Source: Ministeria vibrans ATCC 50519 (taxonomy: Eukaryota; Protista; Filasterea). Taken from it: 52,932 nt of DNA. The notes under the pieces are model-generated. The model ran no database searches. It saw only the letters and a program-made list of their open reading frames with translations, and was not told the origin of the DNA. The stretch lies in NCBI GenBank assembly GCA_943704425.1, contig CALSCP010002104.1, forward strand, positions 1-52,932, given 5' to 3'. Numbering within the stretch: position 1 is the stretch's first letter; each line of letters opens with the position of its first letter. Positions 1-10,900 of the stretch are shown here, in pieces. A program made the translations under genes and the position numbers.

Positions 1-108
1 AGACTCTGAATCACCCGGCTCGTTGCATTGTCGTCCCATCTGCTTGCTTGCAAACCGATTCCCTCCAACTCGTCATCACGGGCAGTGCGCTCGTCTTCCG
101 CATATACG

Positions 109-138
109 TAACCCTAACCCTAACCCTAACCTTAACCC
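109..138. repeat. Interstitial telomere-like repeat (TAACCC)x5, one TAACCT variant
   Basis: taaccc taaccc taaccc taacct taaccc; reverse complement of TTAGGG repeats. Confidence 0.85.
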
Positions 139-1042
139 CCGCTTTGACGGGACTCTGGCGGCGTTTGGTCTCCCCAGGAAGAAAGGAAGAAGAAAGATTG
201 TCAACATAGAAAATAATAGTATTATAATAATAATATAAGGAGTAGTGAACTATTTGAAGTATGGTGGCACAATCAATTGCACGTGAAAGGCTTAAGTGAC
301 ATCAATGTATACATTCGGTCAGTGCAAAAAAAAAAGGAAGAGATGAAAATAATTCGATAATAAGGTACCACAATCCTGTAAATCTACTGGCGTCGTCACT
401 GCCTCACTGGACACTCAGCGGTGAGTCTGTGGCGTGGTCTTTGCAATATCAAATTCCAACAAACAGCGAAGAATCGACCGCTACAGGTGAATGGATGATC
501 AACAAAAATCAAAAAAATATATCAAAAAAATGTAATAAAGTCACTCGAAAACAAAAAAAAAGGTGTGCGACACCCCCCGTTCACATCTGGTCTCCCACGA
601 TATTACTTGCGAAGGCTTGCACGAGCTTAACTTGAGTGTTCGGAAGAGAACTCGTGTTTCCTCGTGAATATGGACGCACAAGAATAAAAGTGCTCTTTTG
701 TGCATCAAACCCTCATTCAGAAACGACACCGCGTGTGCTTTAGTTTTGAATATATGCTCAAGTAAGAACTTACGTAAAACCAAAATGAGATATCACATAG
801 TCACGCAAATGTGTTCCCTAGGTATTCGTCTGTGCGTAGTTATTGCGATCATACAAAGCCTAATTCTGATGTGAGCTGTTTGTTTACGGCCTGTTAATTA
901 ATTGGTATTCGAATGCCACTTTTATGCCAGGAATAGATAATATGCTGTAAGCAAAATACCAAAATAAATAAATAACCAAAGCAACACACGTCGCAGCATA
1001 CAAAGTATATAATACTATTATTAAAATAATACGTTTGTTTTT

Positions 1043-1670
1043 TTACTGACTATTTTTCTTCATGACCTGGAGCGCCGCCAACAAACGCGCGTTCATCGAC
1101 TCAATCATGGCGTCGCGACCCACGCCCCACTCGAGAGCGGCAAAAAGGATGCGCAACGCAGGCTTGAGCAGCCAGGCAACAGTGCTGTCGACTGGCAAGC
1201 CGAGGTTCTGGTGAAGCAACGAGTAGGCAGAGATGTCAGCAAACTCAATGGCCTCGCCCGACGCACTGGCTCGCTTCAGAGCATGTGCAACATTAATCTC
1301 GTTGCCAATTCCAGCCTCGTAGGCCTCCTTGAGCAACGGCACACTTGTCACAAAAGGTTTACAGAACGGATGAATTCCACTGATGTCTTCGGCGCGACGA
1401 GTGTCCAATGATTGAGTCAGGGGCAGGAGAAACAGCGCAGAGGACGCTTCGCCGGCGGGTGCGTCACTAATGGAAGTTGTGAGCACGTTGTTGACAATGA
1501 TACGAGCTACACGAAACCAAATTAATAATAACAAAAATAAAAATAATATTAGTAAATTAATAATATTAAATAAAATAAATAAATAAAATAAAATAATTAT
1601 GTTAATAATAATAATAATAATAGTAATAAATTAAAATTAATAATAATAATTATTATTAATAATAATTATA

Positions 1671-1731
<61 letters not shown>

Positions 1732-2595
1732 GTAGTAGTAGTAGTAGTAGTATTAAGATTGTTAAAAAATGTTTTGCTTTTGTTTTTGTTTTTTTTACCT
1801 CCCCCGTTGGTCAGGGGCGTAATCTTGCCTGCCTTGACCACTCGCTCAACGGCCATGATAGGCTCAAGTGTCATTACCGAGGCGTCCTTGGAGAAGACGG
1901 CAATGCGGTCCCCCACACGCACACGCTCAGCGTACGTGTAGCAGGAGTCAGCGTGTGGCAGAGGTGACAGCGTCGCATCCTCAATCTCGAGCGGTCGACA
2001 CGTCGCCGTAAGGTTGGCCGGCACTACATAGACCATGTGGCGTCGAGAGAGCTCCAGAGCACCCTGGGCGTGCACAAGACTGTAATACAGGTGTGGTGTG
2101 CCCACCTCGCGGTCGGTGAAGGTGGTTACGGTGCAAAGGTTCACTTGGTTGCCCTTGAGACACCGCACCTCGTCGCCAATCTGAAGCTGGTCCATGCGAC
2201 GTTCTTCACCCGAAAGCAGAGTAACAAGGGCGTCGTCGGGAAAACATTCTGCAATCGAATGGGTCGAGAGAAGTGTGCAGGAACCTCCAGTGACGCTTAC
2301 GACGGCGCCCGCCGCAATTTCGTTGGAGGTTGTCGCGTCTTGGAAGACAAACCCAAGAGTACTTTGAGTTTCTGTCACGTACACCACACTGATGGCGAGA
2401 TCGCTTCCAATGAGGATCGATACTTTGACACCCTCGTCGGTAACAATCCCGTTGTCGATAAAAGTGATATCCAAATCAACAAAATAAAAATTTGTTGTAA
2501 GCAACTGCACATTGGAGCGCACAAAATCGGTCACAGTGGCGCTCTGTGTCGAGACTGTCACTGCTGCTCCAGTAGTGGAGCAGTAGGCTTGCATC
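1043..2595 (-). CDS. Hedgehog-type Hog (Hint + sterol-recognition region) autoprocessing protein; 5' end unresolved
   Basis: Exons 2595-1799 and 1506-1043 (GT-AG intron 1798-1507). Hint block A AE|CFPDDALVTLLSGEERRMDQLQIGDEV, FTDRE Asp, block B LELSRRHMVY, block F spliced as KITPLTNGGARIIVNNVLTT, then SRR-like LFLLPL...GIHPFCK. A ccccag acceptor just before 2595 implies an upstream exon. Confidence 0.85.
1540..1752. repeat. Intronic AT-rich microsatellites (TTA)n/(GTA)n
   Basis: Long att/tta and agt runs inside the Hog gene intron; they explain the spurious poly-N/T tail of ORF 1656..2594. Confidence 0.95.
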
Positions 2596-3594
2596 CTGGG
2601 GAAGAGTAAAAATACATAAATTATTATTGTTTATGATTGTGATTGTGACTCTAGCTAGCCTAGTATTTAATTAAGAAAGGAAAAAGAAGAATGAAGAATC
2701 TCACAAACGAAAAGCAACGAAAAAGCAACAGCACAAAATTGAAAATAGTAACAATATTGTATAACTCGGTAGCAACACCAGCGTAAAGAGCGCGTGGGAC
2801 AGGTTGTAGTTGAGCTGAGACGTCGTTGAGACGTCGTTAAGACAGGAAAACGGCCGCAAACTGGCGAGTCCCCTTACTGAGCACCTCCCCTCTTGGTGCC
2901 CCTTAGCTTCTTCATTCAAAGCTATTCTAACATGCTATAGACCACATCGTCGTCGCATATAGTTATCTACTGTTACACGGCAACAGGGCGCAGTTGTTGA
3001 ACGGTTGGGTAAAAGAGAAAAAAAGTAACGGCCAGGCAGGAGAAAAAAACGGCTGGAAAACGGCAGGAACGTCGTACGAACGCGATAAGCACATTCACAG
3101 AACGAAACACATTCACGGCTCTATCGACTGTCGGCCCACCAGAGCCATTGCGTGTCAATATGCGGATCAGAAGAACAAAACATTCCAAAAACCCGAGAAT
3201 CTTACCGACCACGAACGTACGCGGCGCGGCATGTCGACACCACACACGCCAGCAAGAACAAATGTAGAAGCACACGCATGAGGGAGAACGAGAGTGAAGT
3301 GTGAAGTGTGAACTTAAAACTTTCAACTAAGTCCTCCTGGCTGCCCTTTATAATCTCAATTAATTGTATCTCACTTAGTTGCGTGAAGACGTTATAATCT
3401 CAATGAAGTCTCAATTAATTTTCGAGCAGTACACCACCTTTGCGACCCCTGTCTGTCTGTCTGTCTGTCCCCTGAGGTAAATATCAAGGTGGCTGTAGCT
3501 TGATAGACTCAATATCGGAGATGCTGTTCAGGGTTTGGTGGCATTTGTATCTGTGTTTTGATTAATGTTCGAGTAATGTCGTTTTTCTCTCAGA

Positions 3595-5214
3595 ATGGAG
3601 AAACTGATGCACCATACCAGCGCTCGAGGTTGCACACGTACATTAAAGCGTTTACCGAGCGACGTTTGGGGTGAAACGGCTTTCACGATGGCTGTTCAGG
3701 AGGTGGCAAAGAAGGATCGCCTCGACAAAGGAATATCTCTGAATATTCTATCGAACGTGAGCTCTCGTTTGATGGTGACTTTGACCAGGGTTGCGACAAG
3801 GATCAGCGCGAATATGATGATGGTGGCAGTGTGGTCGCCTCGGAGGACGACGAGGACGAAGATGAGGACGAAGATGGGGACGAGAACGAGGACGAAGAGA
3901 AGAATTCTCAACTTTTGGTGCCAACAATGGACAGGGCTCCCTCCACACTTCTACGACTCCCCCGGTATCTCCCGTGCAAATTGCATCCCCCCAACGACAC
4001 CCATTGTTCCCATCGCAGGGCGTCTGACACCACCTTCATCTACGAAGTCAACAGCGACGAAGATTTCGGGCGCCAAATCGTCGACAACACACACACTCTC
4101 AATTACGCCTCCAACGACACCTTTGGGCCCTCCGATTGAAATCGACACTTCAGGTGTGACTAAAAAGCAGGTGACATGGTGTGTTTTGAGTCGGTTGGCC
4201 CTGATCCGTGCGGAGACTCTCACTATTTGCACCGAAGATTTTCGCGACGCCTCTCTCCAGTGGGGTCTGTCAGACTCGCTTGAGCAGGCCCGCAAACCGG
4301 CGAAAGGTACTCAAAATGTTAAATGGCGATATGGCTATTGATTACTATCTTCATCTTGCTAGTTTTGTGATTCACAAGTCACGATTGTTTTTGATATAGT
4401 TTATGCACTATTTCACAACTTGCTACGTTTCGACGAAGCGTACTCCAGTATCCGATCGAGATTTCAAAGCATTTCCGAAGATTCACTCCGCTCAAAGCTG
4501 TCATCAATGAAGAAGTCGAAAGTTGGAGCTCTTCATCGCCCAACGGACGACGGAGAGCGAGCCTTGGTGAAAGCGAAATTTGTTAAAGAGCATCCGTCTC
4601 TCGTTGGCGAACTTGACATTTACGACTTGTATTGCTCAGGTAGCATACATTTGTTGTGCATTGGGCCGAACAGAATATACGAATACCTGATCTCCACGCC
4701 CTCTACAACTCTGCTTGTGTGTTTTCTTGTTTCTGTTTCCTTCAACCTGACACATCTTTCTTGCATAGCTGATGACAAACGACGCAGTGCAATGCAAATC
4801 ACTGACACACGCGAGACAGAAGATGACACTCTCATCCGCGTGACAAGTCGAAAGCGCGCTCGTGACGACGCCTTAGTCCGTCTGCAAACTCAAAAGTTTA
4901 CTGCTGTCGAGAAGCGCCGGAAAGCAGATTCGGAGGCGAAGAAGAAGGCAACGACACATCTGAGCGCTATGGCTACCAGTGTTGAGCGCCAGGCTGAACT
5001 GCACGAGGGTGCAGTTGCTGTCAGCGAGAAACTGGCCGCTGAGACACTGCGTCATATGGACGCAGCGGAGGTGGCCCAGCGGAAACACACTGCTGTGCTC
5101 GAGCGAATTGCAGCGGCGCTGGAGGGCATCCATACAAGTATTGGCCGATATGGCGCCCCTACCTCCATGTCCGTGGCGGCCACCAACTCTACCACGAGCG
5201 CCGGCGACAACTAA
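3595..5214 (+). CDS. Hypothetical multi-exon protein: acidic N-terminus, possible Myb/SANT-like segment, C-terminal coiled coil
   Basis: In-frame GT-AG joins 3637/3700, about 4307/4400 and 4639/4769; D/E tract EDDEDEDEDEDGDENEDEE; VTWCVLSRLALIRAE; C-terminal LERIAAALE. The join around 3960-4170 is not resolved. Confidence 0.45.
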
Positions 5215-5681
5215 GGTTCACCAAGTATTCAAATCAATAATATTAATTATTATTATTATTATAATACAAAGAGCAGAACAATACTTCCGCCGTAGACTTC
5301 CCAAGACGAGATTGTCCCGAAAGTGATAGCCCATACATACACCCATGAGAAGAATGTACGCAGGGCGCTGCTGTGTCGTCTGCTGTTTCAGCGGTGTCGC
5401 TGACTCGCTGATGATCATTGCTTGTCGGCTGCTGCCATGATGGAAGTTTGGACATTTTTTTTCACAATCAGTTTGCTTCGACGGACTTCAACTCTTCCGT
5501 TTCGTTGATATTACGAACTTCGTTTAAAATTGAAAAAAAAAATCTTTCACTGCTTCGCTAGTCGCGACCATCTTTGTCGCCGAGGCGATGAAGAGCAGAG
5601 ATATGATAAAAACATTGAAGCAGAATAGCAGATTTCTAGCAGATTATTTTGATTCGCACCCGGCCCGGCCCTTCGACACCC

Positions 5682-7327
5682 ATGGCCAGCGCCAACGGCG
5701 ACAAAGACCAACATGTCATGACGGCATCGACGGCGCTTGCAGAGGCTATTGTGGGCGCCTTTCCTCTCGTTCCCACGGAAACGCCCGACGCTGTGACGTC
5801 GCCACATGAAACTGTCAAGTCGCCTGGAACTCGACTGCGGCGTCCCGCAGGGTATGTCTCGAATCCGGACGCAACACAAATGTGTTTGTGGGCTGGTTGT
5901 GACGACGGCGAAACGACGTTTGACTCGGCAGACGAGTTGGTAAGTTCGAAAAAATACAATCTGTTATGTTCTGACACCGATTGATGGAAACAACCCAGAC
6001 ACGACACTTATCTGCCATTCATGTCGGTCGTAACCAAGCGAGCTACATTTGTGAGTGGTCTGAGTGTAAGCGCGGAGGAAAACCTTTCTTAGGCAGGACC
6101 AAGGTTTGAAAATGACAGCACTTTGTTCGTTTGGTCTGAAAAGAGATAACGTACATGTAATGCACAATCTCAGATTATGACGCACCTGCGAGTCCACACG
6201 AATCAACTACCGCACGTATGCCATCTCTGTCTGACGTCTTTTTCCACCGAGATACTCTTGGCGACTCATGCCAAGGAGCATATGGATGTGAAACCCTTTC
6301 CCTGTCCCGTCCCAACTTGCAAGAAGGCCTTTTACCATCCTCGAAGCTTGCGAAAGCACACCAAGTAAGCGAATTATAATTATGAAGCGTACAATATATG
6401 AGGTAAGTGCATGTGACACTGAACGAACGTGCCCTCTGCTTTAGTCACCATCCACCAGAGGAGCACGCCGTGATTCACGAAGCGGCCCGTCAAGGAATGC
6501 GATTGGTGCGCGACCAGCAGAGTAGCCAGGGCGATAGTGTGACTCCCTTTGTGGCAGCTATGTCGACTGTACACGGCTCATTTGCCGACAGTCAATATTC
6601 GACAGGGAATTCACCTACGTTCGTGTCGCCAATGGGCTCGCCTCGCAGCAAGCGCTCGCGTGGACGCGTTTCTCCAGTAGACGACACTGATTTTGACTTT
6701 GGAAGGACGAGTGTGGCTGGGAGTTTTTGCAGCAGCTCAGGGAGTGCTCCAGGCACATTTACACGCGAGCAGGCTGTCCAACTGGGATCGCCGCCGCCAG
6801 CGAAACGCAAGGTGGTGCGGCCACCGATTGCTGGACCAACCCTCCCGTCCAACTCCGTCTTGAATGGCAATGCATCCTTGCCGATTCTTGCGCGCCAAGT
6901 ACCCCACCTTCGCTCATGTTTTCGCGAGTACAACGCACCACACAACCCTCTGCTCTCTATGGCCACTGCGACCTTGGCGACTTCGTCTGCCACGAGCTCG
7001 CGCACTCCCTTGCCCTGCTCCCCTGCTGCCTCACTCGATGGCATCACGATTTTGCCACCTATCGCACCGCCACCAAACGTCGACACGACACGACAGCGCA
7101 TGGCAACGTCTATCCACTCGCCATCCACGCCATGTGTCGCGACCGATGTGGCGAGTCCGCAGTCGTTGTCGTCGTCGTCGCACGACCAACACCATGTCTC
7201 TGAGGTGGATCCCGTCGACGACGACTCCTTCAGTCGTCTCGTTCTCCAGCTCGACCTGCGCAACACCATGCAACTGCACTCGGCACCCTCGACCCCAACA
7301 GCGTCAAGGCGGCGCCCGTTTGTCTGA
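5682..7327 (+). CDS. C2H2 zinc-finger transcription factor, tandem CWCH2 (Gli/Zic/Glis/Zap1-type), 4 fingers
   Basis: Exons 5682-5939, 5999-6103, 6174-6364, 6445-7327 splice in frame to CLWAGC..FDSADELTRHLSAIHVG..YICEWSECKRGGKPFLGRTKIMTHLRVHT..CHLC..H..KPFPCPVPTCKKAFYHPRSLRKH; S/P-rich tail with PAKRK NLS-like motif. Confidence 0.88.
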
Positions 7328-7940
7328 ACCTCGAATGTAAAAAAATGAAAATTATTAATGATAATTAAATCATAATTAATATGATAAGACTGTATTATGT
7401 GTGTCCGTTAGACTCGAGCACGATAAAATATTGACTTGTCCGTGTCGCAGGGCACCCAGTGGAGCAAGAGCGCGGTCTGCGGTGGCTCAGAGATCTCCAC
7501 AACGCCCCACGTTGGATGGCTGTGGCGCTCAAACCCCCACACGCACTGCCTGAGGCATCGCGGCACGGAGCGTGAAGCCACGCCGGCTCGTTAAGAACCG
7601 GCGCCCTTGCACAAGCTCAGACGCGCCACGACGGCGCCAGGCACGCAGCGCGGGCGGGCGAGCGACGATCGTTTTTCATCACGGCCGAAGCTTTTAGAAA
7701 ATTGCGAAAAAATCATTTCAAACAAGATCATCTTTCGCTCTTTCTCATCACCTGTCACCTGCTATGTATTTACTTAGCAGGGTGACATCAGATCAAGTTT
7801 TAATTGAAAAATTCTATTAATTATTTTAAATTATTTTTTATATTCAATAATAATATTCATTCATTCTGATTGAGGTACTGTTTTTATATTATTAACTATT
7901 ATTTTATTATTATTAATACTATTACTATTAATTTTGTCAA

Positions 7941-10900
7941 TTAATTTAACAGAACAAAATCGGTGTCGTCCTCCTCGGTGTCAAACTCAATGGCCTCCTC
8001 GACCTGTCGCTCGTCGCCAATACCGTTGTTCTCCAGCATAAACTTGAACAGGTTGCAGAGAGCGTGCGAGCGGTCCCGTGCATTCGAACAGGTCGCAAGG
8101 TCGTTCTGCACAATCACCAGTTTGGTTCGGAACGTTTCGTTGAAGTTGCGCAGATTGTCAGACAACTCGGCGGATTCCCTACTCAAGCATACACAAATTC
8201 AGAGACGAATGAATAAAAACAAATACGAGTGGGTTGGCATCGATTAATCTCCCAACCAAGAGAGAAGAATATGAAACACAAACAATGCTTCACGATAAAA
8301 ATAAAGAATACGAAACACAAATAATGCTTCACGATAAAAATACGAATGGACAGGCATCGATCAATCCCAACCAAGAGAGAAGAATAAGAAACACAAACAA
8401 TGCTTCACGATCAAAATAAAGAATAAGAAACACAAAGAATGCTTCACGATAATACGAATGGGCAGGTATCAATCAATCCCAACCAAGAGAGAAGAATACG
8501 AAACACAAACAATGCTTCACGATAAAATTACGAATGGACAGGTATCGATCAATCCCAACCAAGAGAGAAGAATAAGAAACACAATTCCTGCTTCTACAAT
8601 ACGTAATAATGAACTACCCTGCGAGAACATTGCAAAAAAGAGTCTACAAAGAAATATCGATTGCTGCATATATATTAATCCCAACCAAGATAAAATACAA
8701 AACTTCTACAATATAATGTAATAATCACCCAACTCACTCGTAAACCACCCCCTTACCCGTCTTTCAAAGCAAGATCAAGCCGCCAAAGAACATCTTCACA
8801 CGCCCGTCGATACACAGCAAACTTGGATTCCTCTGCAACAAAAACACTATAATTATAAAGAACAAAGCGTCACACGTGCTGTAGATGTACCGTGAGCGAC
8901 AGAGGCAGCACGACGATTGCAGTCCATCAAAATGCCCAGGACCTCCACGACATGCTGGTCTTTGGTCATCTTCGGTCGCGATTCCTACAAAAACAACTCA
9001 GTCTTGCTCTTACCCAAACCACGTTCTACTTACCCATCTTCTTCTGCGTCCAAACACCGCTCCAATCCTCGACACTCCCTTGCGCAGCGTCTCCTACAAC
9101 ACACCACAATGAGAAATCAGGTGCTCCCACACTATAACAATCTTCTTACAAAGCTCTTTTGGGGAATCATGCGTATGCGACGGGGCTCGCCGAGTTTGGC
9201 AGGACTGTTGGTGGAGCGCGAACGGGCATTGCCTTGGGCGGATGGTCGGATTAAGGCGGGAGGCGAAGGCGCCGACTCGGACATGGACCGTCGCTCGATG
9301 CCTGCAAGCACAGACGATGATGGAATGTCGCCGAGAGACTCGGAAAAGGCTTCGTCCTCGGTGGTGCGCGAGCGACGCCTAAACTTGTCGCGAAGTGTGA
9401 TGGCACTAGGCGACACACGACCCGAGCGTGTGATGCTGGGACTGCGTGACGCTGTACTGGAACCGGCAGTAGTGGCGGAGGTGGCGGTGATAGTGATGGT
9501 GGTGGTGGTGGTGGCGGCGGCGGTGGCGGCGGCGTTAGATGCAATCTGACCGTTGCTGTTGTTGGGGGAGTGTGCGTGTGAGGGCGAGAGACTTTCGTTC
9601 GATGCAGAGGTTCCATCGGAGCTTAGTTTCGATAGCGACGTTGACAAGTTCTCAGTGGACATCATCTTTTCGCGGGTGTTTTTGCTGGCGTGACGCAGTA
9701 CAGTGCTTGTGCGACGTCCACTGGGCTGAACAGTTCCCAGGTCGGCGTCGATTGCTTCGGTGAGCGTACTATGGATGTCGGATGTGCTATCAGGCAGGTC
9801 GGTCTGGTCACAGACGGGACTGGGGCTTGGTGACACCTGCTCTTCGGGAGTCAGTGGACCCGACACATGAATGTTAATGATTGGCCCTGACATGGTCGCA
9901 CGTTCCATTGTCGCCAATGTGTCAAGGTCCTGTTGAAAAAAAAATGATAAGCCTGAAAAAAAAACATTCCTTGGTATGAACGTACGAGCACACCGGTGTT
10001 GGTGGAGGCAAGGGCAGTGAGATCAAGAGAGACGGGACGCGGAGAGGTGAGGGGCAGGATGATGGGGCTGAGGCGACGGAGGCGAACGTGTGATGAGGAG
10101 CTGTGGACTGAGTTGATAGACGAGGTGGACGACGACTCAGAAACCGACCCTTCGCCATGCCCCTCAATCGCTTGCATTGCTTCAAGCGCCTCAATGTCAC
10201 AGATGCTTTGCGGCCGAGGCGACACTGCGCTTCCGCGCATGTTGGCCTGACGCAGCTCCTGCTGCTTCTCAAGAAACTTGCGCCGTCGACCCAACGACGT
10301 AATCGACATGTCTTCCCTGCACAGAAAACAAATACAAAGTAAATAATTAGTATAATTAAAATATGATATTGCTGTCATGGAAAGTTCGTGTGTGAGATTC
10401 TCACCGGAGATCGTCGTCGTCAAGCGTCAGCAGTATAGTGCCGTCAATGTCGTTGTCGGCAAAGATGCCCTGCAGGTCGTCAAAGCCAATTTCACACAGC
10501 CATAGGCACACCTCCTCGACAGTCCAGCAACGCACATCCTCACCAGCCGACGCCGCTACTCCATCATTCACATTTTGAAGTCTTTGACGCTCGAGACCCT
10601 CCAGCCAGGTCACTCCACACGGACTTTCCTGCGCCTGTCTGAGGCGACGCATCACCTACTCACAAAAAAGTTGTGTCAGACCCAACCTCCGACCAAAAAA
10701 AAAAAAAAACCAACAAAAAAACAAACAAACCAACAAACAAACAAACAAACAAACAAACAAACAAACAAACGGGTCTTACCTCGTTGAATGTAGGCCGTCT
10801 ACGCTGGTCAGATTCCCAACACTCGCGCATCAACAAGGCATATTCATAATCACAATCCTACATGCAATATGCACAAAAAACGTATAAATGTGCTTCTCCT

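Noticed and set aside
200-1000. Short ORFs 429-635 and 541-783
   Set aside because: AT-rich, no motifs, no supportable gene model
1656-2250. Protein-splicing intein or poly-Asn tail
   Set aside because: No C-terminal HN-C/S/T junction or endonuclease; an SRR-like region follows instead, and the poly-Asn is an intronic microsatellite
2900-5500. Complete DNA transposon
   Set aside because: No transposase, terminal inverted repeats or target-site duplication identified by eye
8224-8690. CRISPR-like array
   Set aside because: Intervening sequences are themselves repeated (no unique spacers), no cas genes, and the array is inside a spliceosomal intron
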